DNA of 64,000 bases from an uncultured Verrucomicrobiae bacterium (GTDB taxonomy: Bacteria > Verrucomicrobiota > Verrucomicrobiia > Chthoniobacterales > JAFAMB01). Every line of letters begins with the position of its first letter. Position 1 is the first letter of the stretch. Below, one piece after another: positions 30,622 through 40,260 of this stretch. The notes below the pieces were generated by a model. The model searched no databases. It saw only the letters and a program-made list of their open reading frames with translations, and was not told the DNA's origin. Location: assembly GCA_963837955.1 (NCBI GenBank), contig CAWIPH010000002.1, positions 2,208,001 through 2,272,000 on the forward strand. The letters run 5' to 3'. Made by a program: the position numbers and the translations under genes.

Positions 30622-32365
30622 CCACGGAAACGTCGCGGGTATCGGGGAGGCCCTGTATCAGTATCGCGACCAGTTGCCTACATACCGGGCGCACAACGAA
30701 CAGGCCATGGCACACGCAGCGATCGCGTACTCAAAGGCGCATTTCCGCCGGCGATTGATGGCTTGCACCACTTCCATAGGCCCCGGGGCAACGAACCTTC
30801 TCACGGCCGCTGCGCTTGCTCATGTGAATCGTTTGCCTGTTCTCTTTCTTCCCGGCGACATCTTCGTTTCCAGGGATCCTGATCCTGTGCTTCAGCAAGT
30901 CGAGGATTTCAGTGACGGCAAGATTTCGGCCAACGACTGTTTCCGGCCGGTTTCGCGCTATTTCGATCGGATCCTCCAACCCTCCCAATTGATCACATCG
31001 CTCCCGCGCGCTGTGCTCACCTTGACTGATCCTGTGCTGTGCGGGCCGGCCACTCTTGCCCTGCCCCAGGACGTGCAGGCTGCGGCCTTTGATTATCCTG
31101 TTGAGTTTTTTGAGAGCGCGATTGTCGAGTTTCGGGCGGCGGCTCCCAGCGAGGGGGATCTGGCAGGGGCAGTGCGTGCGGTGATGGCGGCCAAGCGCCC
31201 TGTGATCATTGCTGGGGGAGGCGTGCTTTACGGACGCGCCTGCGAGGCGCTGCGCGGGTTTGCCGAGCGTCACGGCGTTCCGATCTGCGAGACGCAGGCG
31301 GGTAAGAGCTCCTTGCCGTGGGACCATCCTCTTCAGCTTGGCTCGGTGGGCGTGACTGGCTCTCCTGCGGCCAATGCGCTTGCCAGCGAGGCCGATTTGA
31401 TCCTCGCCGTGGGCACCCGGCTGCAGGACTTTACTACCGGATCAAATTCGCTATTTCCCAAGGCCCGGCTGGTCTCTCTCAATGTGAATCCCTTTGACGC
31501 GACCAAAGCGCGCGGTATCCCACTCCTGGCTGATGCACGCCTCGGCTTGGAGGCTCTGAATAAAGCGCTGCCGCACTGGCAGGCCGAATCAGCCTGGAGC
31601 GAACGGGCCAAAGCCGAGGCCGCAGCGTGGCGCTCGACGGTGGATCGTATCACGCAGCGCCGCGATCTGAACGCGGGAGAATTGCCCTATGATGGTGAAG
31701 TGATAGGAGCCGTCCAGCGCTCGAGTCCGAAGTCCACTACGGACGACATCGTCGTATGCGCCGCTGGCACACTTCCTGCCGAATTGCACAAGCTCTGGCG
31801 CGCTTCGACACCCGGGAGCTATCACCTGGAATACGGCTATTCATGCATGGGCTATGAAATCGCCGGAGGCTTGGGAGTCAAGATGGCCCGACCGGATCGC
31901 GAGATCATCGTGATGGTGGGTGACGGCAGCTACCTCATGCTCAACAACGAGATCGCTACTTCGGTAATGCTCGACAAGAAGCTCATTATCGTGCTGCTCG
32001 ACAATCGTGGCTATGGTTGCATCAACCGCCTTCAGCAGAGTTGTGGAGGGAAGCCCTTCAACAACATGTTCGAGGATTGCCTGCAGTTTGGCGAGGGGGC
32101 ACCCAATATCGATTTCGCCGCTAATGCGGCCTCCCTGGGCGCTCTTTCTGAGAAGGTGGCCAATATCGCTGAGTTGGAGGCTGCCCTCCAGCGTGCTCGC
32201 GCGGCCAATCGCACCTACCTTATCTGCATCGACACCGACGACACCCGCACCACCGGGGAAGGCGGCTGGTGGTGGGAAGTGGCAGTCCCTGAGGAATCTC
32301 CCAGCGAATCTGTCCGCCAAGCGCGCGCCGTTTACTTGCGCGGAAAGGAAAATCAAAAACGCTAA
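30449..32365 (+). CDS. iolD: 3D-(3,5/4)-trihydroxycyclohexane-1,2-dione acylhydrolase
   Basis: RLTTAQAL, AIFGHGNVAG, NEQAMAHAA, PDPVLQQ, YHLEYGYSCMGYE, ThDP motif GDGSYLM..NRGYGCINRLQ. Confidence 0.95.
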   Translation: MNETITLPENPSIPKRGTVRLTTAQALVRYLSGLRTRLEGPQGEEIVPLFGGVFAIFGHGNVAGIGEALYQYRDQLPTYRAHNEQAMAHAAIAYSKAHFRRRLMACTTSIGPGATNLLTAAALAHVNRLPVLFLPGDIFVSRDPDPVLQQVEDFSDGKISANDCFRPVSRYFDRILQPSQLITSLPRAVLTLTDPVLCGPATLALPQDVQAAAFDYPVEFFESAIVEFRAAAPSEGDLAGAVRAVMAAKRPVIIAGGGVLYGRACEALRGFAERHGVPICETQAGKSSLPWDHPLQLGSVGVTGSPAANALASEADLILAVGTRLQDFTTGSNSLFPKARLVSLNVNPFDATKARGIPLLADARLGLEALNKALPHWQAESAWSERAKAEAAAWRSTVDRITQRRDLNAGELPYDGEVIGAVQRSSPKSTTDDIVVCAAGTLPAELHKLWRASTPGSYHLEYGYSCMGYEIAGGLGVKMARPDREIIVMVGDGSYLMLNNEIATSVMLDKKLIIVLLDNRGYGCINRLQQSCGGKPFNNMFEDCLQFGEGAPNIDFAANAASLGALSEKVANIAELEAALQRARAANRTYLICIDTDDTRTTGEGGWWWEVAVPEESPSESVRQARAVYLRGKENQKR

Positions 32366-32379
32366 GTGAGGAGAAATTT

Positions 32380-33177
32380 ATGCATCTGCTCGTTAAACCC
32401 AAAAAGAACTCCCAAGAAATCGTCTCTGTGACTCCTCAATCGGCAGGTTGGCGTTATGTCAGTTTTTCCGCCCACCAATTAGCCCCCGGGGAGTCGCTTA
32501 CTTTTTCTGACGACGCCAACGAACTATGCGCGGTCATTTTGAGCGGGAAGGTTTCTGCTAAAACCGGCGCCCTTGAGTGGAAGGAGATCGGGGAGCGCCA
32601 GAGCGTTTTTGAAGACGCTGCCCCTTATGCAGTCTACCTGCCGCCGCGCACAAAGCTCGATATTACCGCCAAGACCGATGCTGAACTCGCGGTGGCTCGC
32701 TCCCCTGCCAAGGGTGAACTTCCGGCCCGGCTCATCGAGCCCGCTGCCATGCGCCGCAGCGCTCGCGGAAAAGGCGCTAATACGCGCTACGTCTGCGATA
32801 TCCTGCCCCAGGATCAGCCCGCCGAGTCCCTCCTTGTGGTCGAGGTCAAAACCCCAAGCGGAAACTCTTCAAGCTATCCCCCACACAAACACGATGTGGA
32901 CAACATTCCGGCAGAGAGTCTGCTCGAGGAAACCTACTACCATCGCATCAACCCGCCGCAGGGCTTTGTTTTCCAACGGGTGTACAGCGACTCGCGCGAC
33001 ATTGACGAGTCGATGGCTGTCGAAGACCGCGATGTTGTCCTAGTTCCTCGTGGCTACCATCCGGTCGTCGTCCCTCACGGCTACCAGTCCTATTACTTCA
33101 ACGTCATGGCAGGTCCCAAACGCGTCTGGCACTTTCACAACGACCCGGCTCACGAGTGGATTTTGTCAGCCGCTTGA
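32380..33177 (+). CDS. iolB: 5-deoxy-glucuronate isomerase
   Basis: TPQSAGWRYV, SSYPPHKHD, LEETYYH, VPRGYHP, NVMAGP. Confidence 0.95.
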   Translation: MHLLVKPKKNSQEIVSVTPQSAGWRYVSFSAHQLAPGESLTFSDDANELCAVILSGKVSAKTGALEWKEIGERQSVFEDAAPYAVYLPPRTKLDITAKTDAELAVARSPAKGELPARLIEPAAMRRSARGKGANTRYVCDILPQDQPAESLLVVEVKTPSGNSSSYPPHKHDVDNIPAESLLEETYYHRINPPQGFVFQRVYSDSRDIDESMAVEDRDVVLVPRGYHPVVVPHGYQSYYFNVMAGPKRVWHFHNDPAHEWILSAA

Positions 33178-33225
33178 AACCATCAGATCCGCGCAGGCTT
33201 TTTACATTCAAATTGAAGTGAGACA

Positions 33226-34125
33226 ATGATTAAGATCGCAAATGCTCCGTGCTCTTGGGGCGCGCTCGAATTCGACCTGGAAGGTCAACCTCCGGACTAC
33301 GTTCAAGTGTTGAACGAAATCGCTGAGACCGGCTATGCGGGAACGGAATTGGGAGACTGGGGATTCATGCCGACTGACCCGGAACAACTTTCCCGGGAAA
33401 TCCACGGACGAAATCTCGTGCTGCTCGGTGCATTTGTGCCAGTCTTTCTCAAAGATCCGGCTGCCCACGAGGCTGGCATTGAAGTCGCCGTGCGCACCGC
33501 GCGTTTGATGGCCGCGGTGGAGGGTAGCCTGCCCTTTATTGTCCTTGCCGACGAGAATGGGAGGGTTCCGGAGCGCACGAAGAATGCCGGGCGGGTTACT
33601 CCCGAAATGGGCCTGAGTGATGCGGAATGGCAGGTCTATGCGGAAGGCGCGACGAAAGTTGCCGAAGCGGTTAAGAAAGAAGCCGGCCTTCGCACTGCTT
33701 TCCATCATCACTGTGCGGGATACGTGGAGACCCCGGCTGAGATTGCCAAGCTCATGGCGTTGACTGACCCTAGTATTCTCGGCCTGGTATTCGATTGCGG
33801 CCACTATCGATTTGGTGGGGGAGACGCCCTGGAAGGGCTGCGCAAGTACGGTAAACGAGTATGGCACTTTCACTTCAAGGATTATCACCCTGGAGTGGGC
33901 AAGCAGGTTGCCAAAAATGGCTGGGATTACTTTCAAGCTGTGAGGCAGGGCGTTTTCTGTGAGCTGGGCAAGGGCGAGGTTGACTTCCCGTCGCTCCTGA
34001 AGGAGCTCGAAAAACTCGACTACGTCGGCTGGGGCGTGGTGGAGCAAGATGTTCTTCCAGGCATGGGCACGCCGAAGGAATCAGCCAAACGCAATCGAGA
34101 GTATATCCGTTCGCTTGGATATTGA
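33226..34125 (+). CDS. iolE: IolE/MocC-like inosose dehydratase (TIM barrel), intact
   Basis: NAPCSWG, GTELG, FHHHCAGYVET, DCGH, HFKD, FCELGKG, VEQD. Confidence 0.75.
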   Translation: MIKIANAPCSWGALEFDLEGQPPDYVQVLNEIAETGYAGTELGDWGFMPTDPEQLSREIHGRNLVLLGAFVPVFLKDPAAHEAGIEVAVRTARLMAAVEGSLPFIVLADENGRVPERTKNAGRVTPEMGLSDAEWQVYAEGATKVAEAVKKEAGLRTAFHHHCAGYVETPAEIAKLMALTDPSILGLVFDCGHYRFGGGDALEGLRKYGKRVWHFHFKDYHPGVGKQVAKNGWDYFQAVRQGVFCELGKGEVDFPSLLKELEKLDYVGWGVVEQDVLPGMGTPKESAKRNREYIRSLGY

Positions 34126-34152
34126 TCGGGGGCAAAGTCGCAAACGGCAGTG

Positions 34153-34311
34153 ATCGGTAGGGATGGCTCCCGCGAGTCCGTGGCATTGGTCGAAAACCGT
34201 GTAATCTGTGGTCAATTTCAATCCGCGGAATCACGATGGCGACTTGGGCTCGATTCCTCGGTTCGCCTTGGGATGTTTCCGGGCGCCGCAAGCGGCAAGC
34301 CCCTCCGACCG
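34153..34311 (+). repeat. Family B repeat, left arm of the inverted pair flanking the tRNA
   Basis: Begins with GGTAGGGATGGCTCCCGCGAGTCCG; contains the same core as the 14.2-14.6 kb array. Confidence 0.88.
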
Positions 34312-34316
34312 TCGAA

Positions 34317-34390
34317 TGGCTGCCTCGCATGGATTCGAACCATGACTAAACGATCCAGAGTCGCTGGTGCTACCGTTACACCACGAGGCA
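34317..34390 (-). tRNA. tRNA-Gln (anticodon CTG)
   Basis: Minus strand TGCCTCG-TG-GTGTAACGGTAGCAC-C-AGCGA-CTCTGGA-TCGTT-TAGT-CATGG-TTCGAAT-CCATG-CGAGGCA-G-CCA: full cloverleaf with encoded CCA. Confidence 0.96.
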
Positions 34391-34480
34391 AAAAGGGAGG
34401 CAACTTTGGTACTTCAGATCGAGCCAAAGTCAACCCTTCGAGGCTTCATCTCGCTGGCCTCAACCTCCTCGAGAGACTCA

Positions 34481-34695
34481 TGCTGAACCGCCCGACACGC
34501 GCTTCCACATTCCGAGTCACGTAATACAACCCACCGGTCGGAGGGGCTTGCCGCTTGCGGCGCCCGGAAACATCCAAGGCGAACCGAGGAATCGAGCCCA
34601 AGTCGCCAGCGTGATTCCGCGGATTGAAATTAACCACAGATTACACAGTTTTCGACCAGTGCCACGGACGCGCGGGAGCGCATCCGATCACCGAT
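34481..34695 (-). repeat. Family B repeat, right arm of the inverted pair (longer copy)
   Basis: Reverse complement matches 34153-34311 and continues into the array-unit tail (GGTGGGTTGTATT.CGTGA.TCGGAA..GGAAGCGCGTGTCGGGC). Confidence 0.88.
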
Positions 34696-34704
34696 TAGCG
34701 CTAA

Positions 34705-35370
34705 CTAACTACCGAACGGAGTGGTGACGTTGGTTCCTGCCGGTGGATTGAATTCGTAAGTGGAATCCGAAACGCTGTCTCGTTTGACGTTGGAGTAGGT
34801 GATGGCGACTTTTTCGCCGCGCGCTGTCTCCAGCTCAACTGCCTGAGGAGTCAAATCTTGTTCGACGGTAATGGTGACTACTTTCACCAATTTCCGGATA
34901 GAAGCTGTTTTCGGAGTCAGGGTGACATGAAAGAGTTTGCCCTCTTTGGTGCCTTCCACGTTGTAGTAATCGGTCAGGTGTTGAAAGTTCAATCCAGCGG
35001 TGATCGCTTGCAGTGAATTTTTTAATTCGGGCCGCTTATCCAGGTTGTAGAGCTCGGCCGTCTTCAGATTGGGATAATAAATCGTCATCTTCTTGCCATC
35101 GATGACGGTCGTACTCGGCTGGTTGCCTTCGATTTCGCGGCGGAATTTGTCCGGCGGCGTAAACCAGAGTTTGCCCTGGTTGACCAACGCTTCTTTCAGA
35201 ATCGACACGTGACGTTCTTCCCGAAAATTGGCCTGCAGCGAAGTTTTGTTTTCGTAGTACGACTGCAGGCGATTGACCAGACCGTTGATTTCATCTGAAG
35301 TCATCGGGGCTGCATAAGCGAACGAAGTGGCGACGAAGGATATCAGAATGAGGAGGAATCGAAGCGACAT
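34705..35370 (-). CDS. LolA-family outer-membrane lipoprotein carrier-like protein
   Basis: Signal peptide; SLQANFREE, GKLWFTPPDKFR, VIDGKKMTIYYP, FNPPAG. Confidence 0.85.
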   Translation of the reverse strand: MSLRFLLILISFVATSFAYAAPMTSDEINGLVNRLQSYYENKTSLQANFREERHVSILKEALVNQGKLWFTPPDKFRREIEGNQPSTTVIDGKKMTIYYPNLKTAELYNLDKRPELKNSLQAITAGLNFQHLTDYYNVEGTKEGKLFHVTLTPKTASIRKLVKVVTITVEQDLTPQAVELETARGEKVAITYSNVKRDSVSDSTYEFNPPAGTNVTTPFGS

Positions 35371-35379
35371 AAGGATTTC

Positions 35380-36315
35380 TTAACGGGTCCAGATCGGAAC
35401 AAAATTAAACCATTGGTCTGGAAATTCGCGAATGATCGTCTGAAAGACATCGGCGATCCGTTGGCTATTTTCTTCCGGGCCGAGCTCTGCCGTCATGTCG
35501 ATCGGAGGATAGGCGTAGCATCCATATCGTCCTGGCTGAAGCTGTAGTACGAATGCCGGTATAATCGTTGCGCCGGTGTGCTGCCAAATGCGAGCAGCGG
35601 CAGCGGAAAATAGGGTCGGCCGATCAAAAAACTTAACGTTAACCCCGCTGTTCAAGTAAGGACGATCGACCAGCATCGCTACCAGCTCGTTCCGCCGGAG
35701 CGCTTGCATGATCTCGAGAAAAGCAAACTTGTCGGATCCAACCGTGATCGTTTTGATGCCGAACCGAGCTCGATATTTCCGGCGCCAGGCGTCCAGTTCA
35801 GGGGTGGGCTCCTCCAGAGTCACCACGCTGACCGGAAATCCGGCTGCGCCCAGAACCATCCCGCCAAGCTCCCACGCTCCGAGATGTCCGGTGATCAGGA
35901 GAGTCCCTTTGCCGCGCGCTCTTCCAGCTTCCAGGAATTCGAACCCACGGCGTTCGACGATCAGCTTTTCCATCCGGGGTACGCCACCGGCTGCCGAATC
36001 ACAGAAGTCGTGCAGCATCCGTAGAAAATTGACAAAGCACGCCCTTCCAAGTTTTTCCTGGGCTGCGCGATCGCTGGTCAGCACGGCGAGATTGCTCAGG
36101 ATTGCTTCGCGGCGCTGCCGGCAAAATCGGTAACCCAATTCGCCCATGGAAACAGCGAACGCTCGACTGAGGGGTCGCGGAACATAACGAGCGATCCAAT
36201 TGCCGATCTCGAAAGAAAACGGCGCATACCACCCGTTGCGCGGCAACGGTTGGGCGTGGGTTGGCGCTACGAATTCAGGTATTGTTTCGGGAGCTGTCTC
36301 GGGTATGCCGCTCAT
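35380..36315 (-). CDS. LpxL/HtrB-family acyltransferase
   Basis: HX4E motif GHLGAWE, MLVDR, VKFF, PDQWFNF. Confidence 0.88.
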   Translation of the reverse strand: MSGIPETAPETIPEFVAPTHAQPLPRNGWYAPFSFEIGNWIARYVPRPLSRAFAVSMGELGYRFCRQRREAILSNLAVLTSDRAAQEKLGRACFVNFLRMLHDFCDSAAGGVPRMEKLIVERRGFEFLEAGRARGKGTLLITGHLGAWELGGMVLGAAGFPVSVVTLEEPTPELDAWRRKYRARFGIKTITVGSDKFAFLEIMQALRRNELVAMLVDRPYLNSGVNVKFFDRPTLFSAAAARIWQHTGATIIPAFVLQLQPGRYGCYAYPPIDMTAELGPEENSQRIADVFQTIIREFPDQWFNFVPIWTR

Positions 36316-36791
36316 TGCGCAAAGCTGAAGATCATGGATTCGTGCCGGGCAAAGTCAATTTTTGCACCGCTCAATTTACTGTTTTTCCTGTTGAAAGTTG
36401 CACTCCATTTTTTGTCATTACTGGCGGTGGTTTGATTGGAATAAAAATAGGGAACAACCTGTTTAAGAAGGGCCCAACTGTGGAGCGGACCGATAGCGCG
36501 ATCGACGGGGCCTTTCCAACCGCTCTTGGCGAATAGACCAGTGGCAACCAGTTCATTGCCATGCGCTTGCAGCTGTAAAACTAGTACACCGCCTTTGGAA
36601 AAAGCTAGGTCATAATCGCCACTGGAGCGGGTGCGGAGGATCACATCTCCCACCACGGATCTTCGGTTCGTCGTATAGACCATCTGCCCTTCGTGAGTTT
36701 TAGCGTCGTTCCCGAGGCCGGGAAGCTCGTTCACGGTGCATGAGCAAATGAGGATTACAGGGAAGAGGAGGGCGGTAAGACGATAGATCAT
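36312..36791 (-). CDS. Hypothetical lipoprotein
   Basis: Lipobox-like LICSC; ATGA coupling to the acyltransferase. Confidence 0.7.
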   Translation of the reverse strand: MIYRLTALLFPVILICSCTVNELPGLGNDAKTHEGQMVYTTNRRSVVGDVILRTRSSGDYDLAFSKGGVLVLQLQAHGNELVATGLFAKSGWKGPVDRAIGPLHSWALLKQVVPYFYSNQTTASNDKKWSATFNRKNSKLSGAKIDFARHESMIFSFAQ

Positions 36792-36869
36792 GAGAAAGTT
36801 CTGGCCTCAGAGAACGCTACAGCATTTCGCCTGAGCGCGGCACTGAGGATGGGCAGAAGATTGGGGAGT

Positions 36870-36899
36870 AACGGCTCAGGTGGAGCGTTGCCCTACCAA
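36870..36899 (-). repeat. REP-like repeat family G (TTGGTAGGGC..TGAGCCGTT)
   Basis: Shares ends with the arms at 38486-38668. Confidence 0.5.
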
Positions 36900-37022
36900 T
36901 TGCTCGGGCGGGCCGATTCTTCATCGGAATGTGTTTGGGATATCATTTAAAAGATCAGGAAGAAAGCTACTATCTTCGACGAGAGATGTTGGATTCCTAT
37001 TCTAGCATCTCTCGGCCGCTTG

Positions 37023-38336
37023 CTATGGGCTATCAACTATCGGCCGGCGGCCGGCGATCGCGGGCTTTTTGAATTCAATCGAGGACTGGCTGGCATCAGG
37101 CCGGAGTGTCAATTTGTTCACCAATTTTCCGGTGCGACCCTGCAGGTACACTAAAAAATAGAACAATTTCAGGTGGAGTTTCGTCCTCAGGCTCCGAACG
37201 GGATTGCCTCCGAGAACAGAGCTGATGGTAGGGACGAGCTTGAGGTTACCTCGGGGCTGGAGAAAAATTTCGATGAATTCCTGAGTGTACCATCCGGAGG
37301 ACAATTTGAGATAGGTGGCAAATCGTTCCTGAACCAAACGTTGGTAGCGGCGGAATGCGCGATCGCGAGCATTCGGTCGCTCTAGTGCGATTTGCAATGC
37401 GAACGCAGCTTGCTCGCCGGAATAGACCGCAATGTGAACGCCGCTACTGAACACTGGGTCGATAAAGCCAGCAGCATCGCCAGCCATCAACCAACGATCG
37501 CCAAACATTTTTTTGACCCGGTAGGAAAACTCAGCCGTTGCTCGGACTGGCGTGAACCGTTTGGCTTCACCGATACGATTGTAAACTTCCGGTTGTTGGC
37601 GGATGCACTCTTCGAAAGCTTGTTCGGGCGAAAGTTGCAGCGAACGGAAACGCTCATGATCCATGACTACCCCCACGCTCCATTTGCCTTCTGCCATCGG
37701 GATGACCCAGCACCAACAATCATCGGCCCGGATCATTCGGGTTAATGAGGCTTCAGGATCGGGCGGCAACGGGTCACCTTGAAAATAGGCGAACACGGAA
37801 AACTTGCGCAGATGCGGATACGGCTCTTTCAGCTGGAGATGGTTGGCCAGGATGGCATTTCTTCCCGAACAATCGATGACATACTTGGCTCGAACAGTTT
37901 CGGCGCCTTCATTACAGGAGATCGTCGCTTCGTCGTCGAAGCTACAGCCTTTTACGCTTACTTGATATCGCACCTCGCAACCGCAATCGTGGGCATGGTC
38001 CAGCAACACCTGATCGAACTTAGAGCGGTCAACTTGATACGAAGTCTTCCAACGCGGATTTACGCCGTTCCGGAAGAAATAGGTACCGCGCGCGGTGCCG
38101 CAGGCGGAGGAGATTTCGCCGCCATGTTTTATTAGAAAGCCGGCGCGGTCTAGTTTCTCGGTGACCCCGATCCGTTGGAATGTTTCTGAGCTAGCTGGGA
38201 GCAGGGATTCACCGACCCGGAATCTCGGGAATTTCTCTTTTTCGAGTATCACTGCCCGGCGACCGGCGCGAGCTAGCGAAGCACCGGCAACGCTCCCAGC
38301 GGGTCCGCCCCCAATTATTGCGACATCAAAGCTCAT
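37023..38336 (-). CDS. Flavin-dependent halogenase-like NAD(P)/FAD oxidoreductase
   Basis: GGGPAG, FPRFRVGESLLP, FLIKHGG, WCWVIP (WxWxIP), GDAAGFIDPVFSSG. Confidence 0.85.
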   Translation of the reverse strand: MSFDVAIIGGGPAGSVAGASLARAGRRAVILEKEKFPRFRVGESLLPASSETFQRIGVTEKLDRAGFLIKHGGEISSACGTARGTYFFRNGVNPRWKTSYQVDRSKFDQVLLDHAHDCGCEVRYQVSVKGCSFDDEATISCNEGAETVRAKYVIDCSGRNAILANHLQLKEPYPHLRKFSVFAYFQGDPLPPDPEASLTRMIRADDCWCWVIPMAEGKWSVGVVMDHERFRSLQLSPEQAFEECIRQQPEVYNRIGEAKRFTPVRATAEFSYRVKKMFGDRWLMAGDAAGFIDPVFSSGVHIAVYSGEQAAFALQIALERPNARDRAFRRYQRLVQERFATYLKLSSGWYTQEFIEIFLQPRGNLKLVPTISSVLGGNPVRSLRTKLHLKLFYFLVYLQGRTGKLVNKLTLRPDASQSSIEFKKPAIAGRRPIVDSP

Positions 38337-38485
38337 CCTGCGTTTCTATGATGCTGAAGATACCGGAGGTAAACCAGAAAATACTGACGACATGCATACG
38401 GCTGGAGGCCTGCTCCTTTCGGATCGTGGGCCGACAACGGACGCGCGGGAGCGCGTCCCGGGCATGGGCGTTCGATACATCCTGA

Positions 38486-38668
38486 TTGGTAGGGCGAAAA
38501 CCTCGGCGCGCCGGGAACGTTTCGATTCCCCTGCGCGAGTCGCGCCGGGTTTGAGCCGCCCGTTGCATCAATCTGTGTTGCCTTTTATTCCCCGGGTTCC
38601 TCAGTCGGACGGGCACGAACGGCTCAAGCCGATACGGCTGATACCGTACCAGGCTTTCGCCCTACCAA
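38486..38668. repeat. Inverted REP-like doublet, family G
   Basis: TTGGTAGGGCGAAAACCT...TTGAGCCG and CGGCTCAA...AGGCTTTCGCCCTACCAA. Confidence 0.6.
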
Positions 38669-38704
38669 CTACCAATCGGGATCCGAACACAGTTGGTACC
38701 GATC

Positions 38705-39724
38705 TCACGCGAGCTGGCGGTCGGCGGCGGCTAGGAACGGCTTGAGTTCAGCGACCAAGGTGCCAAACAGTTCAAAGTCGATTTGCTGTTGGCCGTCGCT
38801 CAGGGCTTCGGCCGGGTTCGGATGGACTTCGATGAGCAAACCGTCGGCACCGACCGCGGCGGCCCCCCGGCAAAGGACCTTAACCAGGTCAGCTCGGCCA
38901 CAACCTTGACTCGGATCAACGACTACCGGCAGATGCGATTCTTGCTTGGCTACAGCTACCGCGGATAAATCGAGCGTGTTGCGCGTATATGTCTCGAACG
39001 TTCGAATTCCGCGTTCACAAAGGATCACGTTGGGATTGCCCTGAGTTAACAGATATTCGGCCGCCAGCAGCCATTCCTCGATGCGCTGGCTCATTCCTCT
39101 TTTCAGGAGGACCGGCTTTTTGGATCGAGCACATTCGATCAACAATTGAAAGTTCTGGGCGTTGCGAGCGCCGATTTGCAGGATGTCTGCCGTCTCAGCC
39201 ACGATGTCGACATCGCGTTCGCTGAGGACTTCGGTGATAATCTTTAGACCGGTTTGTCTTTTGGCCAGCTCCAATAGACGAAGACCTTCTTTGCCGAGTC
39301 CCTGGAATTCGTACGGTGAAGTACGCGGTTTGTAAGCACCGCCCCGGAGGATCTTGGCGCCTCGTTCTTTCACAGCGAGGGCGGTGGAGAGGAGCTGTTC
39401 CTCCGATTCGACGCTGCAAGGGCCGGCCATTATGACAAAACTGTCGCCTCCGATTTCGATTCCATCCACGTTGACCATGGTCTGTGAGCGACGAGACTCG
39501 CGGCTGACAAGTTTATAGCGCTTTTGGACCGGGAGCACACGCTCGACCTGCGGCAGGGCCGTCAAAGATTCGAGGGTATGATGGGTGCGCTCATCCCCAA
39601 TTGCGGCTACAACGGTCTGAAGTTCTCCGCGAATCGCGTGCGGTGTGTATCCCAGTTTCGCGACTTCCTCCATCACGATATCTACCTGGTCGTTGGGCGT
39701 GTTAGGTCTGAGGATGATGATCAT
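38705..39724 (-). CDS. aroF: 3-deoxy-7-phosphoheptulonate (DAHP) synthase, type I-beta with N-terminal regulatory domain
   Basis: [53 protein letters not shown]; start MIIILRP at 39724. Confidence 0.93.
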   Translation of the reverse strand: MIIILRPNTPNDQVDIVMEEVAKLGYTPHAIRGELQTVVAAIGDERTHHTLESLTALPQVERVLPVQKRYKLVSRESRRSQTMVNVDGIEIGGDSFVIMAGPCSVESEEQLLSTALAVKERGAKILRGGAYKPRTSPYEFQGLGKEGLRLLELAKRQTGLKIITEVLSERDVDIVAETADILQIGARNAQNFQLLIECARSKKPVLLKRGMSQRIEEWLLAAEYLLTQGNPNVILCERGIRTFETYTRNTLDLSAVAVAKQESHLPVVVDPSQGCGRADLVKVLCRGAAAVGADGLLIEVHPNPAEALSDGQQQIDFELFGTLVAELKPFLAAADRQLA

Positions 39725-39873
39725 GGAGAACCGGAGCCATAGCGCCACTTCGTGGCGATGACAAATAGCAAAATTGCAAAATGCCCAGGAGCCAAGACCC
39801 ACTACCGCCCTCAATCTGGGATTTTCGAGGCACCTGGGAGATCGGCTTCCCGGCGACCTCTCCGCCGAGCAAA

Positions 39874-40084
39874 GTAGCCTGATGCTTCCTCCTTCGTTCC
39901 CTCCGAAACCCACAAACTACGGCGGACAAGCCAGCCTCAGGAAGCTTATCGCAGTGATTGGTGACTATCCGTCAGAAGGCGTTGAAAGATTTCTGCCAAG
40001 GATTTGCCGATAGACATCGACCATTCGCCAATCACCTCTCACCTTTCACAGTCGCTGCAGCCCTCGGGTCCTGAGCCAGGAGGC
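39874..40084. repeat. Family F REP-like inverted pair with TCACCAA/TCACCTC heptamers
   Basis: 39874-39970 matches 8391-8485; reverse complement of 40024-40084 matches ~54975-55034. Confidence 0.75.
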
Positions 40085-40260
40085 CACCTCCGCTTTTCGA
40101 GCTGATATCAGTGAAGCGACGGCGGGATCAGGCCGCTCTGCCATCTGCTATTTCTCCTCCCAATCTTTTCCTTCCCAGTCAACGCGCGATCGATATTATG
40201 CTGGACGATGCGTCAACAAGACCGGATCGCCGGGCGCGATCCCGACATCCCCGTAATGCC

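Noticed and set aside
39725..39913. Attenuator or leader peptide upstream of aroF
   Set aside because: No short ORF rich in tandem aromatic codons and no terminator/antiterminator pair found.
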